Sequence record: NZ_KX832927.1
Direction: 5' to 3' (one strand)
Length of the DNA: 64,000 nucleotides
Origin: a plasmid
Shown piece by piece: positions 10,362 to 20,878 of the stretch; the stretch's first letter is position 1, and every line of letters starts with the position of its first letter. The notes beneath the pieces were generated by a model. The model had not been told where the DNA came from. It did no database searches and saw only the letters and a list, made by a program, of their open reading frames with translations. Both the position numbers and the translations under genes were made by a program.

Positions 10362-10538
10362 AGGTTTTCTCCTTAGCGTGAACCCCAGCATCGAGGCTTC
10401 CTTAAACCCCCGTCGCCAGGGTTTTAAGGAAACCCCGACACCGGGAGAATGTGCCAAGGAGGCTCCCCAGCCGGGGAGAACTCCCCGGCGAGGGGTTTAA
10501 AAAGGTCGCCCCCGAAACGGAGGCGAATTTTGTGAATA

Positions 10539-10925
10539 TCACAAGCACAAATGAGTGCCATCTTCCGAGGCCATCATGATTGTGACATCTGCGGTTACAG
10601 GATCTGACTTAATCACAACCTCAGTGGGTTTGAAAAAGCCATCTACAGTGGGCATGGGGTAATAAAGACGAATCTTTCCCCAATTCTTGTTGTCGGTAAA
10701 AGCGACCTTTGTTTGAGCAACACAAAGCTGCAAAAACATGAAAAGGAAGTCTTCTACCGAGTGCTTACCATCTGCACCAAATACTCCATCGACAATTGCC
10801 GGGGTCACTGCCACATTGGTCAGGAAACCAGCTTGTTTACCGATGGAAGATTGGTCCACCAGCAGACCATCATTGATGGCTTGTTGACGGATTTGGGCGA
10901 GGTCCAATTTAGCTACTTGGTTCAT
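10539..10925 (-). CDS. hypothetical protein (128 aa)
   Basis: ORF in co-directional array. A conserved promoter-like repeat lies upstream. Confidence 0.45.
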   Translation of the reverse strand: MNQVAKLDLAQIRQQAINDGLLVDQSSIGKQAGFLTNVAVTPAIVDGVFGADGKHSVEDFLFMFLQLCVAQTKVAFTDNKNWGKIRLYYPMPTVDGFFKPTEVVIKSDPVTADVTIMMASEDGTHLCL

Positions 10926-11240
10926 AAGGTGTACTCCAAAGTTAATGGGTACACCTACCCCGTGCGGGGAAGTGTACCCGCATGGGTTATTGAAAGGTCA
11001 CGGCCAAAGCCGAGCTTTAAGGTTCCGAGTTTTACGCTGGCTGAATGCGCCAAAGAACGGTCGGAGGAAACGAGTCAGCGACACGCTTCACATTCGCGTA
11101 AAGAGTGTCCTTAAAGACACGCTCTAAGCGACGACCACCTTGACGATAAACCAACTTAAAGTCTTGGAATTTGTTCATGGATACCTCCAGAAATAACGGG
11201 AGGTATCTCCAGCAGGAGATAGACTCCCGCAGGGATTAAT

Positions 11241-11288
11241 AAATTAACGTTAATTTGCTGTTTGTTTTTGGCGACCAGCTATCGCACG
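11241..11288 (-). promoter_or_regulatory. conserved promoter-like box, copy 1 (palindrome AATTAACGTTAATT plus box TGCTGTTTGTTTTTGGCGACCAGCTATCGCAC)
   Basis: Near-identical sequence recurs at 7 other operon starts, all in the same orientation. Confidence 0.55.
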
Positions 11289-11382
11289 CTTTCGCCCTCA
11301 GGGAGGACAAAATCTGCTTACTGATGGCTTAACCATGAGTAAGAAGACTTGGGAAGTAAAGCAGGGGTTTCCCCCTGCCTTG

Positions 11383-12267
11383 TTATGCCGCTTTGAGGTG
11401 GCGAGAGAAAAAGTCCCTGGTTTGCTGGATAGCGCCCCGGAGAAGTTCTCGTCTGTAGCCAGCGTAGCTCTTGTCATCACTGGCAACGGTCAAGCCGTGC
11501 AGACTCTCTTCACCCAGGACAATCTCGTTTTCACGAGAGAGTACCTCAACACGTAGGCCAAGCACTCGCTCTTTCCCTTCCAGGATAGAACAAATTGTTT
11601 GGTCTCTTACTTCGTCATCCCAGTGGCCCATATCGAAATCCCGCTCAGGGAGTTCAGTAACACGCACCAGGTAGTTTTCAGTGGCCCGTTCCCAAACCAC
11701 TTCATCTTCGCATGGAGAGGCCTCGATCAGCGAGTACCCGTCCGCTTCGAGCTTCTTGGAAAGACTTTTTACATCATCCGCCAGCTCCAGCACAAAGCGT
11801 TCCCAGAGGTCTTGCCAGCGCTCGACCATATCCTGGTTAATCCCTTCAATGCCGGTGCCAATCATGGAATCATCATCAGGGAAGATCCCTGTGAAGTCCA
11901 CGTTGTCGTCGATGTTCATGCAGTTCCAATGGCTGTAGTGATGCCCGTGACTATTCCGAGTAATGGACAGGTCACAGGAACCATATTCGCGGAGGACAGA
12001 AAGCATATTCTCAATGTCTTTCTGTGCCATCAGGTTCTTCACGCGGCTGACAGCATCCACTTGGCCGGGCTCAGTGCTGAATAGGCGATTCATGAGAGCT
12101 TTGACGTCATCAACGCTCAAATCCCCGTAGAAGGCTACGCCATCCCCCTGGCAGTATCCGAGACTGTACTCAATCGTCAGATCATCCGGGTATCCACACT
12201 TAACCAGTTCGTTTTGAAAATGCTGTTTAATCATTGGTATCTCCTTAATTTCAGAGGGAGACACCAT
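11383..12267 (-). CDS. hypothetical acidic protein (294 aa)
   Basis: Long ORF. RBS GGAGATACC upstream. Confidence 0.5.
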   Translation of the reverse strand: MVSPSEIKEIPMIKQHFQNELVKCGYPDDLTIEYSLGYCQGDGVAFYGDLSVDDVKALMNRLFSTEPGQVDAVSRVKNLMAQKDIENMLSVLREYGSCDLSITRNSHGHHYSHWNCMNIDDNVDFTGIFPDDDSMIGTGIEGINQDMVERWQDLWERFVLELADDVKSLSKKLEADGYSLIEASPCEDEVVWERATENYLVRVTELPERDFDMGHWDDEVRDQTICSILEGKERVLGLRVEVLSRENEIVLGEESLHGLTVASDDKSYAGYRRELLRGAIQQTRDFFSRHLKAA

Positions 12268-12308
12268 CCCCTCAGGGACCGATGTCCCCCGTGGGGTTAA
12301 TGTTTGGG

Positions 12309-12866
12309 TTAAGAAGCCTTGCGGCTTAATTCAGTATCAAATCGAGGACCTTTGAGAACCGCAGTTTTCATAACCTCGAAGTTTCTTGGGTAACGCAGCT
12401 TTGAAACTGCGCCAGCTCGGATGTCGGCAGCCTCACTTGGAGAGACTAGCCTTAACCCTTCGCTGGTTTCAGCGTAGAACCAACCGGCATAACGCTCATA
12501 GGCATTCTGCTGGTACTGTTCAGTCGCCATATTCTTCCGGATCGCCTCTGTTAAGGCCTCAACAACACCGTCATCTTTCGTGATGATGTTGAAAACATGA
12601 GAGACGGTCAGGAAGTTCCCAAAGAAGCAGGCTGCCCCAAGCCAAGGCTGGAACATTTCGCCATTTCGCCCCGTCCTCACCATTGGTTCAAACGGGTATG
12701 GGCGATAACAGTGATACTGCTCAAACATCGGGTCAAGAACGTTGTCACCCAGGACATCCAGTAAAGTCTGAATGCTGTCCGGGTCTTGGCCTGCCCACTT
12801 ACTCCCATTGCTGAGAATCAGTGTTTTACCGTCAGTACGCTCCAGAGCTTGTTCAAAGTTAGACAT
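12309..12866 (-). CDS. hypothetical protein (185 aa from internal ATG)
   Basis: ATG at 12866 preceded by AAGGAA. The longer track ORF is probably 5'-extended. Confidence 0.5.
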   Translation of the reverse strand: MSNFEQALERTDGKTLILSNGSKWAGQDPDSIQTLLDVLGDNVLDPMFEQYHCYRPYPFEPMVRTGRNGEMFQPWLGAACFFGNFLTVSHVFNIITKDDGVVEALTEAIRKNMATEQYQQNAYERYAGWFYAETSEGLRLVSPSEAADIRAGAVSKLRYPRNFEVMKTAVLKGPRFDTELSRKAS

Positions 12867-12939
12867 AGTGCATTCCTTTTGGTTAGGACGCACCACACCC
12901 TCTCGGGATGATGCGCCCGAGTGGGTTAGTTGAGAAGGC

Positions 12940-13158
12940 TTAGCCGTCAAGTCCGTAAATTACGGCGGAGCCGGGCTCCATCTCGACAACTTGTGCGCTT
13001 CCTTCTTCTATCAGCTCCTGCATGTAACCAGACTCAGCATCCGGATTACGTTCGCAGTGTTCGTCCCAGCGTTTCAAAAGCCCTTCTGTGGCTTGTCCGT
13101 GGGTCTCACCAAGGCCGATAAACTCATAGTGTCCTGTGTTTACGATGATCACCACCAT
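12940..13158 (-). CDS. small hypothetical protein
   Basis: ATG with GGAGAG RBS. Operon context. Confidence 0.35.
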   Translation of the reverse strand: MVVIIVNTGHYEFIGLGETHGQATEGLLKRWDEHCERNPDAESGYMQELIEEGSAQVVEMEPGSAVIYGLDG

Positions 13159-13171
13159 AGCTAGTGCTCTC

Positions 13172-13441
13172 CTACAGGTCACTTGGTACATACAGGTCAT
13201 CTTTGATGGCAGAAAAATCGACAGGAGACTGGTCCCCATAGGTTCGATTCACGCCACCAGCATCATCGACACTGACAAAAACCGTGCGGAGTAAACCGCT
13301 GGGCTTTGCAGGGTAAACGATGCTGACATGCTGACCTTTGTACTGTTCTGACAAAGTGCTTTGAAGCTCATCAACCGAACGGAATTTCCGGTCGCGGCCA
13401 AAGTCCTTAATCTTGATGTCGCCAGGGATTGGATTAGTCAT
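13172..13441 (-). CDS. small hypothetical protein (89 aa)
   Basis: ORF overlaps the downstream gene start by 8 bp. Confidence 0.4.
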   Translation of the reverse strand: MTNPIPGDIKIKDFGRDRKFRSVDELQSTLSEQYKGQHVSIVYPAKPSGLLRTVFVSVDDAGGVNRTYGDQSPVDFSAIKDDLYVPSDL

Positions 13442-14039
13442 CGTTACCCCCTGCCAGCAGTTTATCTACTGAATGGCCGAGTCCGTTACCAAACCATTTG
13501 TCCAGAGCGTCGATTTCCGGGAAGTCCGATTTCACCTGAGCAACAACACGTTCCATTTTGCTGAGAGCATCCTGGAACTCAAGGCCATTACCTGCGGCCA
13601 CCTCAAGTTTGCACTTGATGTAAGCGGAGTAGGTATCACAGGCCTTAACCAGTGATTGTTCATAGCCACCGGGAGCGAAGGCTATGGCGACTGCATCCTG
13701 GAGTTCTTCGGGAAGAGTCTGGATGAGTTTGTCCTCTGCGGCCTTTTCCAGTCGTTCAAACTCACGCTGCAAAACAGCGTTTGCTTTCTTGACCGGTGTT
13801 ACAACATCCGAACAGAGAACCTCGGCTGCATCATGCAACGAAGCATGAGCAAGCATGACTGCCAGATCCACCGACTTCCCTTGCTGAATGGCAATATTGC
13901 CAGCCAGGTAGGAAAGCAGGGTAACAACAGCGCTGTGTTCCAACACAGACTCCGGTTGAACAGAGTGCATCAGTGACCAGCGTTTGATCAGGCGTTGGCG
14001 CAAGGCCAGAGCTAGAAAGCCGAAATTTGAATTAGACAT
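13434..14039 (-). CDS. HD-domain phosphohydrolase (YfbR-like 5'-nucleotidase family)
   Basis: H...HD...H...D metal-binding pattern (HSAVV...LAHASLHDAAEV...D). Confidence 0.6.
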   Translation of the reverse strand: MSNSNFGFLALALRQRLIKRWSLMHSVQPESVLEHSAVVTLLSYLAGNIAIQQGKSVDLAVMLAHASLHDAAEVLCSDVVTPVKKANAVLQREFERLEKAAEDKLIQTLPEELQDAVAIAFAPGGYEQSLVKACDTYSAYIKCKLEVAAGNGLEFQDALSKMERVVAQVKSDFPEIDALDKWFGNGLGHSVDKLLAGGNDD

Positions 14040-14110
14040 AGTGCCTCCAAAATTGGTTGGAGGTACACCAAAGCCGACCGGGCCTTGGTGTACCCGGTTG
14101 GGTTACTTAG

Positions 14111-14314
14111 TTATCTCGGGTCAAGCTGCTTAGCTATAGCGAGTAAAAACGGATGGAATGGATGATCTTGCGGGACACCCCCAACAAGCTCACGGGCTAA
14201 ACCGACTGAGTTTGTAGCCAACACCTCTTTGACGGCCAGAATGATTTCATTGTCGATTTCATCCTGGGTCTTTCGTTGTTGGTCCACCAGCCGACTTAAC
14301 TTGTCTAGGCTCAT
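14111..14314 (-). CDS. small hypothetical protein (67 aa)
   Basis: Short ORF between repeat box and terminator. Confidence 0.35.
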   Translation of the reverse strand: MSLDKLSRLVDQQRKTQDEIDNEIILAVKEVLATNSVGLARELVGGVPQDHPFHPFLLAIAKQLDPR

Positions 14315-14376
14315 GCTTCTCTCCTTTGTTTGTGGGAGAGAACCCAGGAGGGGTTTCCTCCCGAGGGGTTAGGTTA

Positions 14377-14399
14377 TTGCTGTTTTGGGCCAGCTACCG
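14377..14399 (-). promoter_or_regulatory. conserved box, degenerate copy 2
   Basis: TTGCTGTTTTGGGCCAGCTACCG. Confidence 0.4.
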
Positions 14400-14485
14400 T
14401 TATAGCCAGCAAGCGCTGACAATGAACAAAGAGTATGACAGCCACCTAAAAGGGTAAAACGCTGTAATTGCCCTTTTGGGGTGCA

Positions 14486-14521
14486 AAAGAAAAAGCCCTC
14501 CCGAAGGAGGGCTTTTTATGC
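14486..14521 (-). terminator. rho-independent terminator after the PAPS-reductase-like gene
   Basis: AAAGCCCTCCTTCGGGAGGGCTTT hairpin followed by a T-run on the minus strand. Confidence 0.65.
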
Positions 14522-16969
14522 GGCCAAGGACAAGCCTTGCTGTCCTCTTTGCAACTCTGTGTCGTCGCGGCGATGTAAGCGTTGAACCGCCTTGATCATC
14601 GTTCTGACATGTCGCTCCAAAGAGGCTGGATGGCGTTTTGACAGTAGGTTGATCCAGTCGAGATAGATAGCAAGCGCGGAACCTTCGGTTAGGGCTGCCT
14701 GTATCGCCTCATACTGCCCTACGGCACTCTGGACCACATCATTCACCCACTGGGCGTCAGTATTGTCCAAGAGCTCGCAGAGGGCCGTATAAGCCTTCCT
14801 TCTGGTCGCGGCCATGTAACGACGAATGTTGGCGTTTCCGCTCCCCTCTCGCCCTTCCATGACGCTCATACAGAATGCGCTGGAGTAACAAAGCATCGCG
14901 TCAGTCACGTAGTTAAACCATCGCTCCTGATGCCGTTTCTGTTCTTCCATTGCTTCCTGGTCAAGTTGCTTCTCGATGAACAACCCCGTCGGAGTACGGT
15001 GGTGCAGATGGTACTTGAACGTTAAGTGCAAGTTGACCCACCAGCGTACCGTTGCCAGTCTTCCCTTGATTTTTCGCTTCACCAGATCTTTGTACTTAGC
15101 ATCGCTAAGCACTTTGACATCCTTGCGCTGTTGGATTCCTTCCATCGTCTGTAGCCCTGTAAGGCCCATCTGGTGGTAGGTTTGACCTCTTTGCATCATA
15201 CGGTGATACAAAGCGCCTTTTCCTTTCGCAAGCTGGATTGCTCCGAACCGAAGGTAGAACTGCGCTGCACTACCGGGCGTATAATGTCCCTTTAGTACAG
15301 ACTCCCTTAGTCGCGGGTATTCGTTCCAGATGATGAACGCAGCGGAGTCGGGATCGACTTTCACTTCATCATCTTCTGCGAAGCAAACCACCCTTCTCTT
15401 TCCGTCTGCGGTATTGATCACTTGCGCTGCCAACGGGTCATCCCCGCCGTCAAAGTAAGCCATTTCCGCTAACGGATCGGCCAAGCCATCAGAAAGCGAA
15501 CCATCGCCCCAGCGACCAACCTTCAACCACAATGGCTTCGGAATTGGTGACTGAGGAACGGTTTCACACTGCGGCTCGTCTTCCAGCAAGTCCAGATCAC
15601 CCATCGACCAAACCCTGTGGTAAATCTCCAGGGCATGGAAAGGCTTATCATTGAAATGATGGAAGGCCCACATGAAGTCGATATGGACTAAAGCCTCTTC
15701 CGATATGATCCGGAATTGTGGCTCTGCCATTCGACGGTTCCAGTCGTTATCCTCTGCTTGACCAGTAGCCAGCTTGTATGCCAGCTCATCAGCTCTCTTT
15801 TGCTCCATGTAGTCCATGCTGCAACAGACATGAAGCAATCGTTCTAGGAAAACAGGACTGTAAACGTCCGGCTGTATTTTGATGTATCCGCCCTCGTAAA
15901 TCGTTCGACCTACGGGATGGCGGTCTTCCCATGCGTACCGGCGTTTTGCCAAGTAGCGCTGGATGCGGTTCAGCCCCGACATATAGCCATGCCTTTCAGG
16001 GTCCGTGGCAAGCAACGTCTCCATTGACTTATCCAACCCAACAGCCTGGCAAGCCCAGCAACCGAAGCGAGCGCCACAGGCGTCACTGGCCTTCTTCTCT
16101 GTTGCCGACCACACGCACTCCCCTGTTGCCGCCTTGTAAAGCTCTGCCGTAGTGACATTGCTCTCCAAGTAACTTGGCAGAGGATATGCTGAGCCCATGC
16201 CAGCGGATAGTAAGAACTCCCAGACATCACTCGCCAACCAGTTTTTCACCACATACAGCTCACCCCCATCTTTCGTCTTAATGACGCGATCTGAGCTTCC
16301 TCGCTGTTTTGCAATGTTGGCCGCACGAATAGTGCTTTCAGCATCACGACTGCCCAGCAAAAGGCAGACTTTCTGTCGAACCTCTTTGGGAAGCTCTCGC
16401 ATATAAGCTGCCTTCGCTCTTTTGGCAGAGGTGATTTTTAAATCCTGGCTACACTGGCGGGCCGTGGAGTTGGAAAACGTAGGCAACCCCCTCCCAGTAA
16501 GGATTCGGCCCGTCCAACTCTGCGAGATCCCAGGCTTTGCTAGAACGATGGTCAGAGGAAGGTTTTCCTTCGCAATGAAACGCTCCAGCTCGGCCAGTTT
16601 CTGATCCGCCAGCCACCTTACCTCTGGGCTTTCGATCAGTGTGTCAGTGTGCAAGATGAAGTGGTGCTGGCTGATGGTCGCCCCACTCCTTACAGCCCGG
16701 ATCAGGGCCATCAGGAACAGGTGCAAGACCGTTTCAGAATCTTTACCACTGGAATAGCCGATCATCATGGTCCACCCATCAATTAAGGCCGTGTGAATGG
16801 ACTCAACCGATGACGTGATCAACGATGACAGACTGGTTCCTCTACTGGCATCAACGAAGTTCAAATCCTCGTTATCAGTCAGTTCTGACCAAACAGAATC
16901 CCACTTATCCCCACGCAAAAGCACTGGGATGGGTTGTTCTGATAGATCAAAGTTTAATGTTTGTTGCAT
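14516..16969 (-). CDS. PAPS-reductase/DndC-like PP-loop ATPase domain protein with long C-terminal extension (817 aa)
   Basis: PP-loop SGKDS motif near the N-terminus. CxxC cluster (GCWACQ). Strong terminator hairpin immediately after the stop. Confidence 0.7.
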   Translation of the reverse strand: MQQTLNFDLSEQPIPVLLRGDKWDSVWSELTDNEDLNFVDASRGTSLSSLITSSVESIHTALIDGWTMMIGYSSGKDSETVLHLFLMALIRAVRSGATISQHHFILHTDTLIESPEVRWLADQKLAELERFIAKENLPLTIVLAKPGISQSWTGRILTGRGLPTFSNSTARQCSQDLKITSAKRAKAAYMRELPKEVRQKVCLLLGSRDAESTIRAANIAKQRGSSDRVIKTKDGGELYVVKNWLASDVWEFLLSAGMGSAYPLPSYLESNVTTAELYKAATGECVWSATEKKASDACGARFGCWACQAVGLDKSMETLLATDPERHGYMSGLNRIQRYLAKRRYAWEDRHPVGRTIYEGGYIKIQPDVYSPVFLERLLHVCCSMDYMEQKRADELAYKLATGQAEDNDWNRRMAEPQFRIISEEALVHIDFMWAFHHFNDKPFHALEIYHRVWSMGDLDLLEDEPQCETVPQSPIPKPLWLKVGRWGDGSLSDGLADPLAEMAYFDGGDDPLAAQVINTADGKRRVVCFAEDDEVKVDPDSAAFIIWNEYPRLRESVLKGHYTPGSAAQFYLRFGAIQLAKGKGALYHRMMQRGQTYHQMGLTGLQTMEGIQQRKDVKVLSDAKYKDLVKRKIKGRLATVRWWVNLHLTFKYHLHHRTPTGLFIEKQLDQEAMEEQKRHQERWFNYVTDAMLCYSSAFCMSVMEGREGSGNANIRRYMAATRRKAYTALCELLDNTDAQWVNDVVQSAVGQYEAIQAALTEGSALAIYLDWINLLSKRHPASLERHVRTMIKAVQRLHRRDDTELQRGQQGLSLAA

Positions 16970-17056
16970 AGGGCCTCCTGGATTAGCAGGGTGCCCATCC
17001 CTTCCGGGAAAGCACCCCGGTAGGGTTAAAATTGAATCCTGGCTATCAGACCTGAA

Positions 17057-17443
17057 CTAGCTGCTACTCGACATCTGGTTGTCTTCGTATTGCTGCTTGG
17101 CCTGTTTCACCAGATCAATGTCACCGTCTTGCAGCTTTTGAATATCAAGCTGTAGACGAGCCTTGTGTTTCAACAGTTCAGCGACCGCATTATCAATGTG
17201 ATCAATGAGCGATTGGTTTTTTTGGATGGTGTAACTGTTGAGTTCATCGAGCAGGGGCCATGCAACACTCGAATGAGTGTTGAGCAATGGGTACTCTGCT
17301 TCGATCTCACAAACCACACCGTTTGCTCCTTCTCTGTAATGAGGGAACCCGACACGCAGACCGATACGACGATCCAGCGCTGCATTTACAGTACATTCCA
17401 AAGAAGTTCGGTTTGAAAAAACATCGTTGACGTTTTTAGACAT
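17057..17443 (-). CDS. hypothetical protein (128 aa)
   Basis: ORF directly downstream of a conserved promoter-like repeat. Confidence 0.45.
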   Translation of the reverse strand: MSKNVNDVFSNRTSLECTVNAALDRRIGLRVGFPHYREGANGVVCEIEAEYPLLNTHSSVAWPLLDELNSYTIQKNQSLIDHIDNAVAELLKHKARLQLDIQKLQDGDIDLVKQAKQQYEDNQMSSSS

Positions 17444-17511
17444 GCTATATCTCCGTTCAGTTTATGACGGAGCCCCCCTAACAGGAGGTGCTCCCGTCAG
17501 GGTTGATAATT

Positions 17512-17543
17512 TGCTGTTTGTTTTTGGCAGCCAGCTACCGCAC
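17512..17543 (-). promoter_or_regulatory. conserved box, copy 3
   Basis: TGCTGTTTGTTTTTGGCAGCCAGCTACCGCAC. Confidence 0.55.
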
Positions 17544-17675
17544 TTGAGCGCCTAAGGCACTTTCCGAAGCACCCTGGGAAACCGAGATGCTTGGGAAAGC
17601 GCGGGGTTTCCCCCTGCGCTGATTACCCTTTTTAAGGGGCCGGTACGCCGATTTCTCGGCGCACTCAGGTTGAAG

Positions 17676-18242
17676 CTACACAGTCAAGAACCAACGTTTC
17701 ATAGGGACGGTGATGTCTATCATCCCGTTTCCACATGGATTCTGGCCCCAGAATCTGTAGGTCGTCTCATAGAAGTCAAACTCAGACAAGGACTGAATCT
17801 GCGCTTCTGAGATCGGCTCAAATGGTCCACCGCAACCGATGTGCATATTGAGCCCATAATCTCGAAGCTCTAGCTCTCCGAGATTTAGCGTCTTCCCGCC
17901 CACACAAGCAACCAAGTTCTGGTTTCTGACGTCGCCTTCTTTGAACAGCAAAGCTGACTCATCGTAGCTCCCATATTGGTTGGTAAACTTCACAATATGC
18001 CCGTGCTTAGGTGAGGTTTGTTCCGACAACTCTTTCAGTAATCGCTTTACGCTTTGAAATCTCGCGTACAGAGCTGGCGTAAACTGCCCAGAGTAGTTCA
18101 AGTTTGGGCAGATCATTTCAAGCATCTCATCAGGTACAGATTCAAGCCCCATTTGCGCGGCCAATGGCTTCGCCTTTTTCAGACCTTCCTCAAGCACTCT
18201 CTGATTTACAAGTTGTTCTAATGTGTTCATTTGACTCTCCAC
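17676..18242 (-). CDS. hypothetical protein (188 aa)
   Basis: ORF in array. Confidence 0.5.
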   Translation of the reverse strand: MESQMNTLEQLVNQRVLEEGLKKAKPLAAQMGLESVPDEMLEMICPNLNYSGQFTPALYARFQSVKRLLKELSEQTSPKHGHIVKFTNQYGSYDESALLFKEGDVRNQNLVACVGGKTLNLGELELRDYGLNMHIGCGGPFEPISEAQIQSLSEFDFYETTYRFWGQNPCGNGMIDITVPMKRWFLTV

Positions 18243-18303
18243 TTTCGAGAGAGCAATGCAAGCCGTCTCCGGACTTACATTGCCCGTTAACGGCTTTATT
18301 GGT

Positions 18304-18735
18304 TTATCCCAAGAGGTACGGAGCTACGCCAGTCAGGAAGCCCATGACTCCCAACACAGCGCCAACCACGCCCAATTTGATTGACAGTTGGACACTTTGA
18401 TCCGGATGGTTCCAGAACCACTGCCAGACTTCCCAGCGCCTGGCTCTGCGAACCTCAAGATTTACAGTGTCTTTAAAACGAACACCCAGAGCATCTACCG
18501 CATCGTAATCCAGCGCGACCGCCAGCTTTGTGATGGATAAATTCCCAGGGTTGCCCATCGCATACCGGAGAACCTTTGCTTTGGTCTCTGGGTTTACGAT
18601 CATAACCGGCTCCCTCCTGAAAAAACGGGTCTTGTCTTTTCGCTTGGAATCCATGTTGCGGTTATGGAACCTGGCAATGCAGTGTTGAAGGCCTGAATCC
18701 TCGGGAGGTAAAGGCACAACAGTTTCGATTTTCAT
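18304..18735 (-). CDS. hypothetical protein with C-terminal TM helix
   Basis: Internal ATG at 18735 with AGGAGAG RBS. Hydrophobic C-terminus. Confidence 0.45.
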   Translation of the reverse strand: MKIETVVPLPPEDSGLQHCIARFHNRNMDSKRKDKTRFFRREPVMIVNPETKAKVLRYAMGNPGNLSITKLAVALDYDAVDALGVRFKDTVNLEVRRARRWEVWQWFWNHPDQSVQLSIKLGVVGAVLGVMGFLTGVAPYLLG

Positions 18736-18795
18736 GATTACTCTCCTTTCGGATAGGCCGGAGCAAAGGCCTTTCGGCATTGCCCCGGTGAGTTA

Positions 18796-20421
18796 CTAAT
18801 GAACCAAAGATGAAGTGACCATGATTGCGTCTCCGGACATCATTACCGGGAGATATTCGCAAGGCTCATGGCCGCAGCTCTTTTTAGTTCCGTTAGGTGA
18901 ATAGACAGCCAATTGACCATCCATAATGTTGAAGGGCATCCCCTGTTTTTTCGCTGCCGGTGACAGCTTGAGAGTGCCCTTTGCGTCAACCAATGCCGTT
19001 GCCCAATGGAAGTCTTCACCACCGATCACCGGCTGTGATTCATCCACGACTTCGACCATGATTGGCATCATTCCAACCCAGCTCCACAGGCTGTTCCCTA
19101 ATGCGAGGGCTAAAGCCTCGAACGCGGGAAAGACTACCGATTGCCCGAGAATCTGGTGGGCAATAGTGTCCGACAGACCTTGGATGAGTTCCTCTGGTAT
19201 CCCTTTCACTCGACAATGTTCTGTCGGTGTAAAGATGCGAGACAACTCCGGCTGTTCTGGATGAACAATGAAAGGTTCGGTACTTCTGCATTTTGCATAG
19301 TCCTTACCTATGGTGCCGCAAAACTCATCGTCGCCAGTCAGAAGCTGGCGAGAGAACCCCTTGCCAGCAGCTTTGTCTCTCAACTCCTTCTCAGCCAGAT
19401 AGTCAAATGACTTCCAACGTTCAGAATCGAGCGGAACTGGCTCCAGGATGTCCTGTATGCGACTTTCCTTGGTGCGAACAGGCTGAACCTTCTCAAGTTC
19501 AAACCCGTCGATCCCGTGGGAAAGCGCAACAACACAAAGACGCTTGCGGCGCTCAATAACCCCAAACTCATTGCCGTCGAGAATGCGCTCTTGTAGGGAG
19601 TAACCCAACGAAGAGAGCACCGAACGAATCACTTCCATCGAAGCGGTGTTCTGGTACTCAGGCACGTTCTCAATCAGCACAACGGCTGGGTTTAGCGCTT
19701 CTACGAATTGCAGGAAGTTGAAGAACATGGCACCTGCCGCCTCATGCGATTCGGCAAACTCCAACTTGTTCTTACTGCGACCTGACTTTGACGCGCCGGT
19801 ACACGGTATGCCCCCCATCAAAACATCCACCTGTGGTGGGCGTTTGCTGAGATTCACAGCCTGGATTGGCGATTCGATAACAATAGAATCTTCGTTCCAA
19901 AGCTCCGGGTTATTTGCCAAAGACGAATCGAGATATTTCCCTTCCATCTCCACGGCCACAGATATGGCACTGGCAATTCCCGCCTTGTGAAAACCGGCGT
20001 GAATCGCTTTATCAAGCACACCACCCCCATGAAAGAGGCTGCATACCGAAAGCGATTCTCCATTCTCCAGCTTACTGATAAGCCGGTTGACGCGCTCGAT
20101 CACTCGCTCTTGTTGATGGTGAGCAGAGATCACAATTGCGCCGTTACGGATGAACACGCGGAGCATCTCTACACCGTCAAAAACGGTAGCAAGCTCCTGC
20201 ACGGTCAGATCGATGATTGGAGACACCCGGCCATTGCGCTCGCGCTTACTGATGGTGAACTTACCCTCCTCTTTGACGCGAAGCACAACCTGGGAATCTT
20301 TCAGCTCCAGATCATACTTCATGCCAGGATAGTAACCTTCACGCAGTAGCTTTTGGCCTTCCAGCCAGACGCGCTTCTTGCCTCGATGTTCTCCTAACTT
20401 GGTGTTTACGATAGTAGCCAT
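18796..20421 (-). CDS. orphan DNA (cytosine-5) methyltransferase (Dcm-like)
   Basis: Catalytic PC motif (GGIPCTGASKSG) and ENV motif (VVLIENVPEY). 541 aa. No adjacent restriction endonuclease. Confidence 0.7.
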   Translation of the reverse strand: MATIVNTKLGEHRGKKRVWLEGQKLLREGYYPGMKYDLELKDSQVVLRVKEEGKFTISKRERNGRVSPIIDLTVQELATVFDGVEMLRVFIRNGAIVISAHHQQERVIERVNRLISKLENGESLSVCSLFHGGGVLDKAIHAGFHKAGIASAISVAVEMEGKYLDSSLANNPELWNEDSIVIESPIQAVNLSKRPPQVDVLMGGIPCTGASKSGRSKNKLEFAESHEAAGAMFFNFLQFVEALNPAVVLIENVPEYQNTASMEVIRSVLSSLGYSLQERILDGNEFGVIERRKRLCVVALSHGIDGFELEKVQPVRTKESRIQDILEPVPLDSERWKSFDYLAEKELRDKAAGKGFSRQLLTGDDEFCGTIGKDYAKCRSTEPFIVHPEQPELSRIFTPTEHCRVKGIPEELIQGLSDTIAHQILGQSVVFPAFEALALALGNSLWSWVGMMPIMVEVVDESQPVIGGEDFHWATALVDAKGTLKLSPAAKKQGMPFNIMDGQLAVYSPNGTKKSCGHEPCEYLPVMMSGDAIMVTSSLVH

Positions 20422-20498
20422 GAGCTCTCTCCTTTCGGTTGAGAGGCCACTACCGTCCCAATCGGGAAGTAATGGCCCCGATGGGTTTAAAGTGGTTC

Positions 20499-20801
20499 TC
20501 AGTTCACAGCGATGCCGTGAGACTGAATGGCATTAGCAAAGCCAGCCATTTGTTCAGGGAAGGTGTAGCGGTTGATGTCCTGGCTGCGAGCCAGATTGAC
20601 ATGCACCTTCTTCACCTTCGTTTCGTCAGAGTCGTACTTTTCAAGCGCCAGCTTCTCAGCTTCTTCCGGATCTCGGCCCAGCGAGTAGGCGTAAATCACA
20701 GAGGTGAAGCCAAGTCCTGAGCCGAATGCGTAGACTTGTTTCTCGAAATGGACGTCAGCGAAATAGATGCTGAATCCGGATTTGAGGTTATGTTTTTCCA
20801 T
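20499..20801 (-). CDS. hypothetical protein (100 aa from internal ATG)
   Basis: ATG with GGAG RBS. Confidence 0.4.
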   Translation of the reverse strand: MEKHNLKSGFSIYFADVHFEKQVYAFGSGLGFTSVIYAYSLGRDPEEAEKLALEKYDSDETKVKKVHVNLARSQDINRYTFPEQMAGFANAIQSHGIAVN

Positions 20802-20878
20802 GATGCACTCCAAATAGTTTGGGGGCGCACCACGTCCCGAACCGGGCGGATGCACCCGGTTTAGGGTTAGTAGATTGC

